Origin: an uncultured Bacilli bacterium
Lineage (GTDB): Bacteria > Bacillota_I > Bacilli_A > RF39 > UBA660
DNA length: 64,000 bases
Assembly (NCBI GenBank): GCA_944371305.1
Contig: CALVXM010000001.1
Span: 39,600-103,599 of the forward strand
Direction of reading: 5' to 3'
The position numbers were made by a program, and so were the translations under genes. Each line of letters opens with the position of its first letter. The stretch's first letter is position 1. Under the pieces are notes generated by a model. It saw only the letters and a list, made by a program, of their open reading frames with translations, searched no databases and had not been told where the DNA came from. Below are positions 42,056-54,763 of the stretch, in pieces.

Positions 42056-44321
42056 TATCTTTTTCTTGGTAGTAGCAAATATCTATAAACGGACAATATA
42101 AACAACCTATGTTCTCACCATCTAATCTTTTAGGATTAATAGCAAATGAACCATTTAAAATATTATCACGAGCAAAATTTATTTTCTCATCGACAGTTTC
42201 AATTAATTTATCTATTTCTTCATCATTAATCATTTTCGCATAATGACTAAAACCATTACTAGTAGTTTTTAAAGATTTAATTACTTGGCTATTCTCATAA
42301 GTCTTATCAAATTTTTCTAGAATATCTAAATTTTCATTAGTATAACCTTGAAGTTTTAAATTATTTTCTTTAAGTTCTACATATGAATGATTATTATCCC
42401 TATTAATTTCATTATTTAATATTTTTTGTAAATAAAAACCAGCTATTTTAATATTTTTAAACTTTAATTCTTTTGATAAATATAAATAAATTGGTAACTG
42501 CATTTCTAATCCATATTTAGTATTATCGATATCTAAAATAGGATTACCAGTTTTATAATCAATAATACACAATATTGTTTGATTATCTTCTTCTTTATAT
42601 AAAATCTTATCGATTACCCCCATAAAGGTAACTTTAATGTTAGTACTTTTATCGATAAATATCTTTTGTTCATATAAAGCCTTATTTAAATTTAAACTTT
42701 GATATTGTTTTTTTATTGTTTCGATAATAAATTTTAATTCATTTTTTAACTTTTCAACGAAAAATTTCTCTTTATGATTAAATTGATATTCTTGATTATC
42801 TAAAAATGTTTGATATTCTTTTTCAAAATCAAATTCATCGTTAAAAGCTTTTGACAAAACATAGTGAAATAAACTGCCTAAAACAGTTTGATATGTTTCT
42901 TCAAACTTATTAATTTTTAAAATATTATTTAAATAATATCTAAAACTGCATTTATAATAATTATCAATACTAGAATAAGATAATAATAAATTATTATTTA
43001 AATATTTTAATAAATCTTCCTTTTCTATTTTATTATATTTATTATCATATTTTCGATAATTTAAATCATAATTATTTAAATAAACTAAATTTTCTTCTTT
43101 TACTCCGTATTTAATTAATTTATCTAAAGAATTAGTTAAAACAATTTTATTATAAAAATCTGAATGTTTAAAATTCGTTTTATAATTTTTAATTATTTTT
43201 AAATTTAAATCTTCGTTTAAATTAGATATTAAATATTTTTCTTTATTATCTTGTAATTTATAAGTTATATATAAATTTTTAATACTGTTAATTTTGTTAA
43301 TTATTTTTACTTTTTCTAATTTATTTAATTCATTTGAAGTAAATAAACCCAATTTTGCTTTTTCTTCATCATTAAAAAAATCTTCATCTTTATATATGAT
43401 TGGTATAACCCCATAGTTAAAACCTAAAATAAAAATGTGATCATAGTCATCTACTTTACTATCAAATGATATTAACTTGACACTATTTTTTAATTCTCTA
43501 TCTTTAATTTTAGTATGTTTTAAATCATAAATTATTAAGTCTTTAACGTCATTTATATCATATTCAATGTATTTGTTGTAAATATCGATCACTTTGTTTA
43601 TAATATCTTGATTATTAAATCTTTTTTTTATTTCTTCAATTACATTCTCACTTAAATTATCGATAAAATATTTACCGATTGTTGTCTGATAAAAATTGGT
43701 ATCATTAGGAATATCGATTGGGATATTATAAAAATATCCTACTCTTTTTAAAATAGAATAATAATTATTTGTTACTCCCATTAATTTTATTTTATTAATA
43801 TCGATTCCTTGCTTTATTAATTCAGCTATTTTATCAAAAACAAATTCTACTTCTTCATTTATTGTTTTAAATTCATAAACACTATCATGAATATATTTAC
43901 ATTTTTCTTTAATAGTAGTAATCTTTTTATTCGTTAATAATTCTAAATCAAAATTACTTAAATTATATCCATAAACAACAATATTTTTAAAATTAATTTT
44001 TTTTACTTTGACTAAATTTTTAACCTCATTTTTTAATTTTAATAAATTATTTAACTTTGTATTATTTGAATCTACTTCTTTAAGATATAACATATTATCT
44101 AAATAGATTTTAGCCACTTCATATTTTAAGCCATATTTTTCCATTAAAAAAAGAATTGCTTTTTCGTCATATTCAAAAAAAGACTTTCGCAAATTTTCTA
44201 AAGTGATATATTTTATACTCATTAATGGTTTTTCCTTTGTTACCTCTAAAATAACATCTTCCTTAATATCATTAGGTAATATAAATAATGTATTATCGGT
44301 TAAGTAATCTAAATAAGTCAT
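42015..44321 (-). CDS. addB: Helicase/nuclease subunit B (AddB/RexB) with RecB-type nuclease and Fe-S cysteine cluster; N-terminal Walker A apparently degenerate
   Basis: C-terminal IIDYKTGN nuclease motif and CLYCPFIDICYY cysteines; 41-nt overlap with addA. Confidence 0.75.
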   Translation of the reverse strand: MTYLDYLTDNTLFILPNDIKEDVILEVTKEKPLMSIKYITLENLRKSFFEYDEKAILFLMEKYGLKYEVAKIYLDNMLYLKEVDSNNTKLNNLLKLKNEVKNLVKVKKINFKNIVVYGYNLSNFDLELLTNKKITTIKEKCKYIHDSVYEFKTINEEVEFVFDKIAELIKQGIDINKIKLMGVTNNYYSILKRVGYFYNIPIDIPNDTNFYQTTIGKYFIDNLSENVIEEIKKRFNNQDIINKVIDIYNKYIEYDINDVKDLIIYDLKHTKIKDRELKNSVKLISFDSKVDDYDHIFILGFNYGVIPIIYKDEDFFNDEEKAKLGLFTSNELNKLEKVKIINKINSIKNLYITYKLQDNKEKYLISNLNEDLNLKIIKNYKTNFKHSDFYNKIVLTNSLDKLIKYGVKEENLVYLNNYDLNYRKYDNKYNKIEKEDLLKYLNNNLLLSYSSIDNYYKCSFRYYLNNILKINKFEETYQTVLGSLFHYVLSKAFNDEFDFEKEYQTFLDNQEYQFNHKEKFFVEKLKNELKFIIETIKKQYQSLNLNKALYEQKIFIDKSTNIKVTFMGVIDKILYKEEDNQTILCIIDYKTGNPILDIDNTKYGLEMQLPIYLYLSKELKFKNIKIAGFYLQKILNNEINRDNNHSYVELKENNLKLQGYTNENLDILEKFDKTYENSQVIKSLKTTSNGFSHYAKMINDEEIDKLIETVDEKINFARDNILNGSFAINPKRLDGENIGCLYCPFIDICYYQEKDIVDIGGDDNASVD

Positions 44322-44365
44322 AATTCACCTACTTCTTATATAATTATATCAAAACTTTCATATAG

Positions 44366-44728
44366 TTAAAAATATTTCTCAAAATTTATATAAATATATG
44401 TTAATTTTTCTTCTAATTCTTCATATAATTGATCTTTTGGCATAAAAAAGCCATTTTTAAACATTTTTAGAACCAAAACAGCAACACCAATTACAACAAC
44501 AATTCCTAAAGATGAGCTAAAAGCGTATTCAATTTTATAGAAATCTAGTTTTTTTGTATCTTCATTATATCCAACAATAATAAAAGATGCCACTGCAATA
44601 ATTAAAGTCGTTAAATTCCCGATAAAACCAGTTTTAATTCGATTTGGAACTTTTTTTCTATAATGTGATATGCATAAATTTATTTCATCCTTTTTAGTAA
44701 TATTATTGCTTTTCAAAATATCTACCAA
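44366..44728 (-). CDS. Hypothetical small membrane protein (two TM helices)
   Basis: 120 aa ORF with hydrophobic segments; no motif. Confidence 0.35.
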   Translation of the reverse strand: MVDILKSNNITKKDEINLCISHYRKKVPNRIKTGFIGNLTTLIIAVASFIIVGYNEDTKKLDFYKIEYAFSSSLGIVVVIGVAVLVLKMFKNGFFMPKDQLYEELEEKLTYIYINFEKYF

Positions 44729-44929
44729 ATTTAAAACATCTTGATTCTCAATAATATCAATATAATTTTTAAATTTTTTTGTTCTATCATTATTAGTACT
44801 TTTTAGATATTTTTTAAAATCAACAATTATCCAAATTCTAATAGTAAATATAAATATAACAAAATAAGCTATAAATAAGAAATATTTGTTTATTCCATTA
44901 AAATAAAGAAGTAAAGTTTGGATTGATTA

Positions 44930-45346
44930 CAATAAATTAGACAGAAAAAATGTGGATATGCAATTACTCCACCAAAAACAAGTAATTCAAATAGTATTAT
45001 AGATTTAGATGATAACTTAATAACAATTTTAAAAAAACATTATGAAAAAGAAAGTAAAATATATAGTTTTAGTAAAAATATGTTTATTTTTGGTAATGTC
45101 AGATTTTTAGCTCAAACTACTTGTAATAATAATTTAAAAAAATATGTAAAAAAAGCTAATGTCAAATACATAAGTCCACACGGTTTTAGACATTCCCACG
45201 CAAGTTTGCTTATTAATTTAGGTTGTGATAGTTATGATGTTGCACAACGTCTAGGTGATACTCCAAAAATAGTAGAAAATACATATTATCATATGTTTAC
45301 TAAAAAGAAAAAACATACTTTGGAATTGTTAAACAATTTAAAATAA
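44930..45346 (+). pseudogene. Remnant (C-terminal catalytic part only) of a tyrosine recombinase/phage-type integrase
   Basis: In-frame ..LITILKKHYEKESKIYSFS..ISPHGFRHSHASLLINLGCD..DTPKIVENTYYHM (R-H-x-x-R ... Y catalytic residues) with no N-terminal domain; upstream frame broken by stops. Confidence 0.6.
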
Positions 45347-45372
45347 GTGGTAATTAGGAGGTAATTATTTCA

Positions 45373-45402
45373 CGACATATTAAAACCCTTATAAAATAAG
45401 GG
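45373..45402 (+). terminator. Intrinsic terminator after the integrase remnant
   Basis: Hairpin cccttataaaataaggg then T5. Confidence 0.55.
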
Positions 45403-45598
45403 CTTATTTTTATATGGAGCGTATAAAGAAGAAGTCGAATAACTTTTCTTACGCCAATAATCAGGTAAGTAATAACTACTAACTAGTAAAATTATATCAC
45501 AACATTTACATTTTGAAACAAAAAATGTCTAATTTTACATTGAAATTATGAAAAATTCAAGAAATATGCTATAATTAATATGATTGGAGATGATTTAT

Positions 45599-46033
45599 AT
45601 GAAAGAAAATATCGATTTAGGTGCTGCAATTGAAAAAATTCAAAATTATGCTATCAACTCTTTTCAACCTAGTTATGTTCGTGCAGATAGTAAACCAGCC
45701 GATGTTGCAAAATATTCTGACTTTATAGAACTACCACATGATATAATTGACCAAGTTCCAGATGTAATCTTAAAAGTATATGGCGAAGAAAAAGGTGCTT
45801 TGGAATGGAAGAAAATTGCAACAGCTGTCTTCAAATTAACAGTAGTATCTGATGTACGTGTTGAAGTAACTAGATTAATGCGAGCTCTTTTAGCAGTATG
45901 GGACGAAGAACGTAAATTTATGTATAAAGGAAAAGATGGAAAAGACTATACTTCTTTTGAACAAGTTAGGTCAGTAAATGAATTTTATGCACAACAAGAA
46001 AATCCTACAATAGAACAAGGAAGAAGTAGATAA
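45599..46033 (+). CDS. Hypothetical protein (cargo ORF 1 of the mobile element); start at ATG after a GGAG Shine-Dalgarno
   Basis: Intact ORF with good RBS; no recognisable motif. Confidence 0.5.
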   Translation: MKENIDLGAAIEKIQNYAINSFQPSYVRADSKPADVAKYSDFIELPHDIIDQVPDVILKVYGEEKGALEWKKIATAVFKLTVVSDVRVEVTRLMRALLAVWDEERKFMYKGKDGKDYTSFEQVRSVNEFYAQQENPTIEQGRSR

Positions 46034-46052
46034 AAACTATAGGAGATTATAT

Positions 46053-46625
46053 ATGTTTGTAAAAAATAAAGTTATTGATAAAGACGAAATTCAAAGAGTA
46101 ATTGAAAGTAGAGATTTAATAACATATGATTCATTAAAAAAAGAATGGGATGATGTGGAAGAAACTAGTAAAGAATTAGGAATAGAACCTACAAATAAAG
46201 AATTTAATTTTTATGAAATGTATGAAGTTGCCTTTAGTTGCAATTTGTATGGTTTAACTTTAGATGAATTAGAATATATAGTCGAGAATAATTTATTTGG
46301 TTTTGATGAAAATAATATACTTGATTATAGATGTAAAATGAGTATTGAAAGAAGAATTAAATATTATAAACAAATTCTTTCTGATTTAACTAATTGCATT
46401 CAAAAAGGTAATGTAGGAAGTTATTTTAGTAAATATGGAGATTTATTTCACATGAGTGGTGGTGGATTACAAATAGCATCATTTTTGGGTTTAAATAGAA
46501 ATGGTGTTGAACTTACTTCAGAAGGTGAGAAATTAAAAGTTTGTATAGAGAACATTAGACAATTACATTACAACGAAATTAAACAGAGGTCTGCGACAGC
46601 TAAACATGGATCAGTTCATAGATAA
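46053..46625 (+). CDS. Hypothetical protein (cargo ORF 2 of the mobile element)
   Basis: Intact 190 aa ORF, AGGAG RBS 8 nt upstream; no recognisable motif. Confidence 0.5.
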   Translation: MFVKNKVIDKDEIQRVIESRDLITYDSLKKEWDDVEETSKELGIEPTNKEFNFYEMYEVAFSCNLYGLTLDELEYIVENNLFGFDENNILDYRCKMSIERRIKYYKQILSDLTNCIQKGNVGSYFSKYGDLFHMSGGGLQIASFLGLNRNGVELTSEGEKLKVCIENIRQLHYNEIKQRSATAKHGSVHR

Positions 46626-46747
46626 TATTTACAATGTAAATACTACATACAAAAGTCGTGGCACGTTATGAAATTACAAAGTAATTTTGTAAGTGGCGAT
46701 AGACTTTTATAAATATATTTTCATTACGAAGTTTTGAAAATATATAA

Positions 46748-46925
46748 TTGCAATTTATTGCAATTCAAAAAACATAATTATTGCTTGAACGATTAGTTCT
46801 TGCTTAATTATGTTTTAGGGTTTCAAAAGGGAGTATTCCCTTTGCACACCTATTGGCTCTGCCAATAGAGAAGTGTGTTTTATCTATTGGAAATAGATAT
46901 TACCGACAAGCGAATGCTTGTCTTT
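46748..46925. other. Candidate origin of transfer (oriT/RSA) for the Pre/MobV relaxase: inverted repeats ttgcaatttattgcaa (46748-46763), gggagtattccc (46829-46840), and cacacctattggc-tct-gccaatagagaagtgtg (46845-46877) ending in GTGTG/TTTTA
   Basis: Position immediately 3' of the mob gene on the non-coding side; the MobM-type nick sequence of pMV158 is GTGTG/TTA. Confidence 0.4.
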
Positions 46926-50034
<3,109 letters not shown>

Positions 50035-50058
50035 TTATCATCTCCTTTTCTTCAAAAA

Positions 50059-50104
50059 AAGAGGTGTCAAAAGTATTAAGCAACTAATACTACTGACACC
50101 TCTT
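50059..50104 (-). terminator. Strong stem-loop (11-bp stem, nested palindrome in loop) plus T7 immediately upstream of the serine recombinase RBS: putative read-through insulator / attenuator
   Basis: aagaggtgtca...tgacacctctt with T-run then GAAAAGGAGA then ATG on the minus strand. Confidence 0.5.
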
Positions 50105-50229
50105 AAAATCTAATTTAGAATAATATTTACTTATAAATACGAATCTCATACTATTTTTCCCCCTAAATAGACATAAGTCTTCTTGGCTGATTATTCTATC
50201 ACTTTTTTAAGAAATGTCAAATCATTGGC

Positions 50230-50505
50230 TTAAAAATGGCTTTTAATGTGATTTTCAAAGTCTTTAAACTTTATTTTTTCATTATAGCCATTAACAAATA
50301 TGTCATCACATTCATCAAACATTAAATATTCAATATTATTAACTTTAATAATATGTGGTTTTACATAAGCAATATTTGTTCCCTTAATACTTTTAATATT
50401 TCCATTTGTAATAGTAGGTTTAGCACAAGCAAACTTACAAATCATTTCAACCTTTCTTTTTAGTTCAATACTTATCTCTAATTCTTTAGTTTCTATTGTT
50501 AACAT
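50230..50505 (-). CDS. Hypothetical 91-aa protein between recombinase and tRNA-Gly
   Basis: ORF only; no motif. Confidence 0.35.
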   Translation of the reverse strand: MLTIETKELEISIELKRKVEMICKFACAKPTITNGNIKSIKGTNIAYVKPHIIKVNNIEYLMFDECDDIFVNGYNEKIKFKDFENHIKSHF

Positions 50506-50531
50506 ATAATCACTCTCACTTTCTTAAATAA

Positions 50532-50558
50532 CAAAAAAACTAACTATTTCTAGTTAGC
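50532..50558 (-). terminator. Intrinsic terminator downstream of tRNA-Gly
   Basis: Minus-strand hairpin ctaactagaaatagttag followed by T7. Confidence 0.7.
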
Positions 50559-50602
50559 ATTTATTACTCTCGAAATATAAAAGTTCGAGTTTCCTATCAT
50601 AT

Positions 50603-50677
50603 TGGAGCAAGTGAGCGGAATCGAACCGCCGTCCCAGCCTTGGCAAGGCCGTATACTAACCGCTGTACTACACCTGC
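50603..50677 (-). tRNA. tRNA-Gly (anticodon GCC), CCA encoded
   Basis: RC folds as cloverleaf: acceptor gcaggtg/cacttgc, anticodon stem cggcc/ggctg, loop ttGCCaa, T-loop ttcgatt, 3' tCCA; 75 nt. Confidence 0.9.
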
Positions 50678-50726
50678 AAAACTAAACATAATTATACAAT
50701 AATTATATTCAATTGTAAATAGTTTT

Positions 50727-51653
50727 TTAAAAAATTATTAAATAAGCATAATAACAGATAAACAATGAAACCATTATTAAACCTTCTACTCTACTAATTG
50801 TTCTTTCACTCCTACTTAAAAAATAAAACATGGAAGCCGATATTATAACAGTCAATAAATCGATATAATTAAAAGCAAAACTAGAAATAGTTCCATAAAT
50901 TAAGGTTGGAAGACCTAAAACTATACAAATATTAAATATATTAGTACCTATAATATTACCAACCGTCATATCAAACTCACCTTTTTTTGCCGAAGTAATA
51001 GTAATCATTAATTCTGGTAATGATGTACCTATCACTATTACAATCATTGAAATTAATTTAGTAGCAATATTTAAATTTTCTGATAAATATAAAGTTGCGT
51101 TAACTATTAAATCACTAGCAAAAACAATAACAAATATCGATATAGTAGTTAAAACTATTGATTTAAATTTACTAGTTTTAACAAATTCTTCGTCAACTTT
51201 TCTGAATTTTTTAATTAAACGATATAAATAAATACCAAACAATATAAAGAGTAAAATTAAAATAGCTGCATCATATCTAGATAGATGATTATCAGCAAAT
51301 AAAACACAAAATGCTACAGTAGTTATTACTAATAATGGTAATTCTTTAGCAACAGTTACTGTTTTGACTTTAACTGGTTTTATAATACTTGCTATTCCTA
51401 TTATAAGTAAAATATTAACAACACAACTTCCTAAAACATTTGCAATTGTCAAATCATAGTTATTAGCGCTAATACTATTAAAAGAAATAGCAAGTTCTGG
51501 AGCACAAGTACTAAATGAGGCAATAGTTAAAGCTATAACCATCTTAGGGACTTTAAAACTAGTAGCTAAATTTGAAGTACTATCGACAAAAACATTAGAT
51601 GATATAACAATTAAAATTAATCCAACAATTAATAATATGATATTTAAAAACAC
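50727..51653 (-). CDS. CaCA-family sodium/calcium exchanger membrane protein (YrbG-like)
   Basis: 308 aa, two internal homologous halves each with alpha-repeat GxS..E motifs (GSCVVNILLI / GNIIGTNIFNI). Confidence 0.7.
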   Translation of the reverse strand: MFLNIILLIVGLILIVISSNVFVDSTSNLATSFKVPKMVIALTIASFSTCAPELAISFNSISANNYDLTIANVLGSCVVNILLIIGIASIIKPVKVKTVTVAKELPLLVITTVAFCVLFADNHLSRYDAAILILLFILFGIYLYRLIKKFRKVDEEFVKTSKFKSIVLTTISIFVIVFASDLIVNATLYLSENLNIATKLISMIVIVIGTSLPELMITITSAKKGEFDMTVGNIIGTNIFNICIVLGLPTLIYGTISSFAFNYIDLLTVIISASMFYFLSRSERTISRVEGLIMVSLFICYYAYLIIF

Positions 51654-51692
51654 TAGTTATCACCTATTTTTATTATATCACAAAAAAAAGAT

Positions 51693-53336
51693 TTAAATCA
51701 TCTCAAACCTTTTTTCTATTCTTTCTTTACCTAATAATTTCATTATCTCATATAAATCAGGCGTCATTGTCTTAGTAGTTAAACAAACTCTTAAAACCAT
51801 ACTAACATCACCAACATGACCTTTATAATTATCAGGATGTTCTTTATATTCTTTTACTTCTTTAGCATAGCCTAATTCTTCACTCAATAACTTTATCTTA
51901 TTAAACCAAGTTTCTTTATCATCATTTGCATCATAATATTTGGAAATATAAAAAGATATAATTTTTTTTATTTCACCTAAATCATTTATTTTATCAAAAT
52001 TATATTCTAAATTAATAAATAATTCATCATACATATACCAATTTTCTTTTTTATAATCCGAAAACATAGCTAAATCTTTACGTGGTTTTTTCTGTTCTCT
52101 TTCAATATTCATAACATTAATACTATAATCTTTATATTTAGTTAATAATTCATACAATTCGTTATCATAGTTTTTAGCATATTCTAACGTTTTATTATAA
52201 ACCTCATCGGCTTTTAACAAACTAATATAATTCTTAGATATATTTAATAATTTTTCTACATCGAATAAAGAACCACTTGAACTTATTTTTTTAAATTCCA
52301 ATTTAAAGTCATCAATTGATTTATCTTTGTTTTGTAAATACCACATCTCAAAATTAGAATTTGCAACCGTACATAAATATAATAATACAGCTTCTGTTGG
52401 GATTCCTTTTTCATGATAATAAGAAATCGCTGCTTCAGGATCTTTTCGTTTACTTAATTTTCGACGATTACCATTTTCCTCTTTAAGTAACGGTGCGATA
52501 TGCGCATATTTAGGAGGTTTAAAACCAAATACCTGAAATAATTGTAAATGAATAGGAACACTTGATAACCATTCATCACCTCTAATGATATGAGTAGTAC
52601 GCATTAAATAATCATCAACTAAATGAGCAAAATGATAAGTTGGTAATCCATCACCTTTAATAATAATAATATCTAAATCATTTTCAGGTAATTCTAATTT
52701 TCCTTTAACTAAATCATCATAAATTATTTTATTTTCAAATTTACCAGGTGATTTTAATCTAATAACATATTTCTCACCATTTTCGATTTTTTTAATGACT
52801 TCTTCCTTTGATAAATAGCGATCTTTAGCCCATTTACCATAATATCCAATTCTATCTTTGATACTTTCTTGTTCTTTTCGTATATTTTCTAGATCTTCTT
52901 CATTACAAAAACAAGGATAAGCTAAATCATTAATCAATAAATGTTTAGCAAACGTTTGGTAAATTTCCTTTCTTTTACTTTGAATATAAGGTCCGTATTC
53001 ACCAATCCATTCGCTTTCACTAATCATACCTTCATCTATTTTAATACCATAATTTTTTAAATCTCTAATTATACCAGAAACACCATTTTCAACTTCTCTT
53101 TTTTTATCGGTATCTTCGATTCTTAAAAAAAATACTCCATTAGTTTGTTTAGCCATTTTACTAGATATAAAAGCAGAAAACAAAGCTCCCATATGTACAT
53201 ATCCAGTTGGACTTGGAGCATACCTAGTTACAATTGCGCCATCCTCTAAATTTCTCTTAGGATAAATCTTATCATAATCTTCAATTGTTTTATCAATGTT
53301 AGGTAATAAAATATCAGCAAACTCCTTATTTGTCAT
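51693..53336 (-). CDS. gltX: Glutamate--tRNA ligase (class I, long C-terminal anticodon-binding extension)
   Basis: RYAPSPTGYVHMGA (HIGH-type), KLSKRK (KMSKS-type), 547 aa. Confidence 0.85.
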   Translation of the reverse strand: MTNKEFADILLPNIDKTIEDYDKIYPKRNLEDGAIVTRYAPSPTGYVHMGALFSAFISSKMAKQTNGVFFLRIEDTDKKREVENGVSGIIRDLKNYGIKIDEGMISESEWIGEYGPYIQSKRKEIYQTFAKHLLINDLAYPCFCNEEDLENIRKEQESIKDRIGYYGKWAKDRYLSKEEVIKKIENGEKYVIRLKSPGKFENKIIYDDLVKGKLELPENDLDIIIIKGDGLPTYHFAHLVDDYLMRTTHIIRGDEWLSSVPIHLQLFQVFGFKPPKYAHIAPLLKEENGNRRKLSKRKDPEAAISYYHEKGIPTEAVLLYLCTVANSNFEMWYLQNKDKSIDDFKLEFKKISSSGSLFDVEKLLNISKNYISLLKADEVYNKTLEYAKNYDNELYELLTKYKDYSINVMNIEREQKKPRKDLAMFSDYKKENWYMYDELFINLEYNFDKINDLGEIKKIISFYISKYYDANDDKETWFNKIKLLSEELGYAKEVKEYKEHPDNYKGHVGDVSMVLRVCLTTKTMTPDLYEIMKLLGKERIEKRFEMI

Positions 53337-53388
53337 ATAACCACTCCTTTCATAATTATATCATAAAAAAAAGTATATTTAATACTTT

Positions 53389-53598
53389 TTACATATATTT
53401 TGTCATTGATTTCATCATTTGATTAACTTGTTTTTGACTTGGAGTTCTACCCATCTGGGTCATCATCGCCTTAATCATTTGTTCGTTGATTGGTGGGTTC
53501 TTCTTAATTTGTTTTTGAATTAAATTTCTCGCTACAAAAAATCCAATTACGCCACCAACTACTAAACCAATTAATAAATATATAATATTCCACAACAT
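53389..53598 (-). CDS. UPF0154 / YneF-family small membrane protein
   Basis: 69 aa, N-terminal TM, C-terminal ..MMTQMGR.PSQKQVNQMMK.M typical of YneF. Confidence 0.6.
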   Translation of the reverse strand: MLWNIIYLLIGLVVGGVIGFFVARNLIQKQIKKNPPINEQMIKAMMTQMGRTPSQKQVNQMMKSMTKYM

Positions 53599-53658
53599 TA
53601 TTCATCAACTCCTTTATTAATTTTACTATTTTTTACCATATTTTTCAACACTTATTTC

Positions 53659-54306
53659 CTATTTTTTAATTAATACTTTAAAATTATTATCAATTTTATT
53701 TAAATATAATTTAATCTTTTTATAGCTTCTTGTTAAAATACGACTAACGTAAGACGCTGAAATATTTAATATTTCACTAATTTGTGCTTGGGAATAAGAC
53801 GGACTATTTATTCCAAAATATAACATAACAACTCTTTTTTCTAAATCACTTAAAACTATTAATGACTCAATTACTTCTTTTTTTAATTCTTTATCAATAT
53901 AATTATCTTCAATACTAATATCATCGAGCAATAAATCCATAAATTCAAAATCATCATCAATATTATTATTTAAACTACTAACATTTTCTAATTTCTTATT
54001 TTTTCTTAAAAACATCAATATTTCATTTAAAATACAACGCGATGCATAAGTGGCAAACTTAACTTTATAAGAAACATTATAATTATCGACAGCTTTAATT
54101 AATCCGATACAACCAACTTCAAATAAATCATCGTATTCTATATAATACAAAGATTCATAAAAAGACTTATAATGAATTTTAACAAGACTCATCACTAATC
54201 TTAAGTTGGATTCAATTATTATATTGCGACTTTCAATATCACCATTTTGATATTTTAAAAATAATATATTTAATTTTTCTTCTTCAATCGGTTCTGGTAA
54301 AAACAT
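53659..54306 (-). CDS. Sigma-70 family RNA polymerase sigma factor (regions 2 and 4 only, ECF/sporulation-like size)
   Basis: Region 2 ..LIKAVDNYN...FATYASRCI; region 4 HTH ..SQAQISEILNISASYVSRIL; 215 aa. Confidence 0.7.
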   Translation of the reverse strand: MFLPEPIEEEKLNILFLKYQNGDIESRNIIIESNLRLVMSLVKIHYKSFYESLYYIEYDDLFEVGCIGLIKAVDNYNVSYKVKFATYASRCILNEILMFLRKNKKLENVSSLNNNIDDDFEFMDLLLDDISIEDNYIDKELKKEVIESLIVLSDLEKRVVMLYFGINSPSYSQAQISEILNISASYVSRILTRSYKKIKLYLNKIDNNFKVLIKK

Positions 54307-54316
54307 ATTAATCTCC

Positions 54317-54733
54317 TCATGCCATAATTGTCGATAACGTAACTTTCCCTGTTAACCAAAAATAATCATTATTAATAAAGTCACAAACAAAAATATTTTT
54401 ACTATACGTTTTAAAATCTTCTAATAAGTTATTATAGTTTATACCTCTTATGATAATTCTTGTATGTTTTAATTCAACAAAGGTCTTATCAACATAAAAT
54501 GTTCTTTCATTATCAAGTTTATATTTTTTATTTAAATAATATTTGAGATTAAAAATATTTATTCGTTCACATAGTTGACTATATAACGAAATGCCATAGT
54601 TAAAATCTTCTTTCATATAATATAATTTCTTCAATATATCGAATAAAAATAATGGATTTTTTTGATAATAATCATAATATTCTTTTTTAATAACAAAAAG
54701 ATTATATTCTTTCATCGGTATCACCCAAATCAA
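54317..54733 (-). CDS. Hypothetical protein (138 aa), upstream of and co-directional with the sigma factor
   Basis: ORF only. Confidence 0.35.
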   Translation of the reverse strand: MIWVIPMKEYNLFVIKKEYYDYYQKNPLFLFDILKKLYYMKEDFNYGISLYSQLCERINIFNLKYYLNKKYKLDNERTFYVDKTFVELKHTRIIIRGINYNNLLEDFKTYSKNIFVCDFINNDYFWLTGKVTLSTIMA

Positions 54734-54763
54734 TTATATAACCTTTAAAATGCGAAATTTGTC

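Noticed and set aside
50603-50677. tRNA-Gly as the attachment site of the mobile element
   Set aside because: The serine-recombinase element ends at least 370 bp from the tRNA, with a separate small ORF in between. No direct repeat of the tRNA 3' end was found near the integrase remnant. Adjacency is noted but attB identity is not supported.
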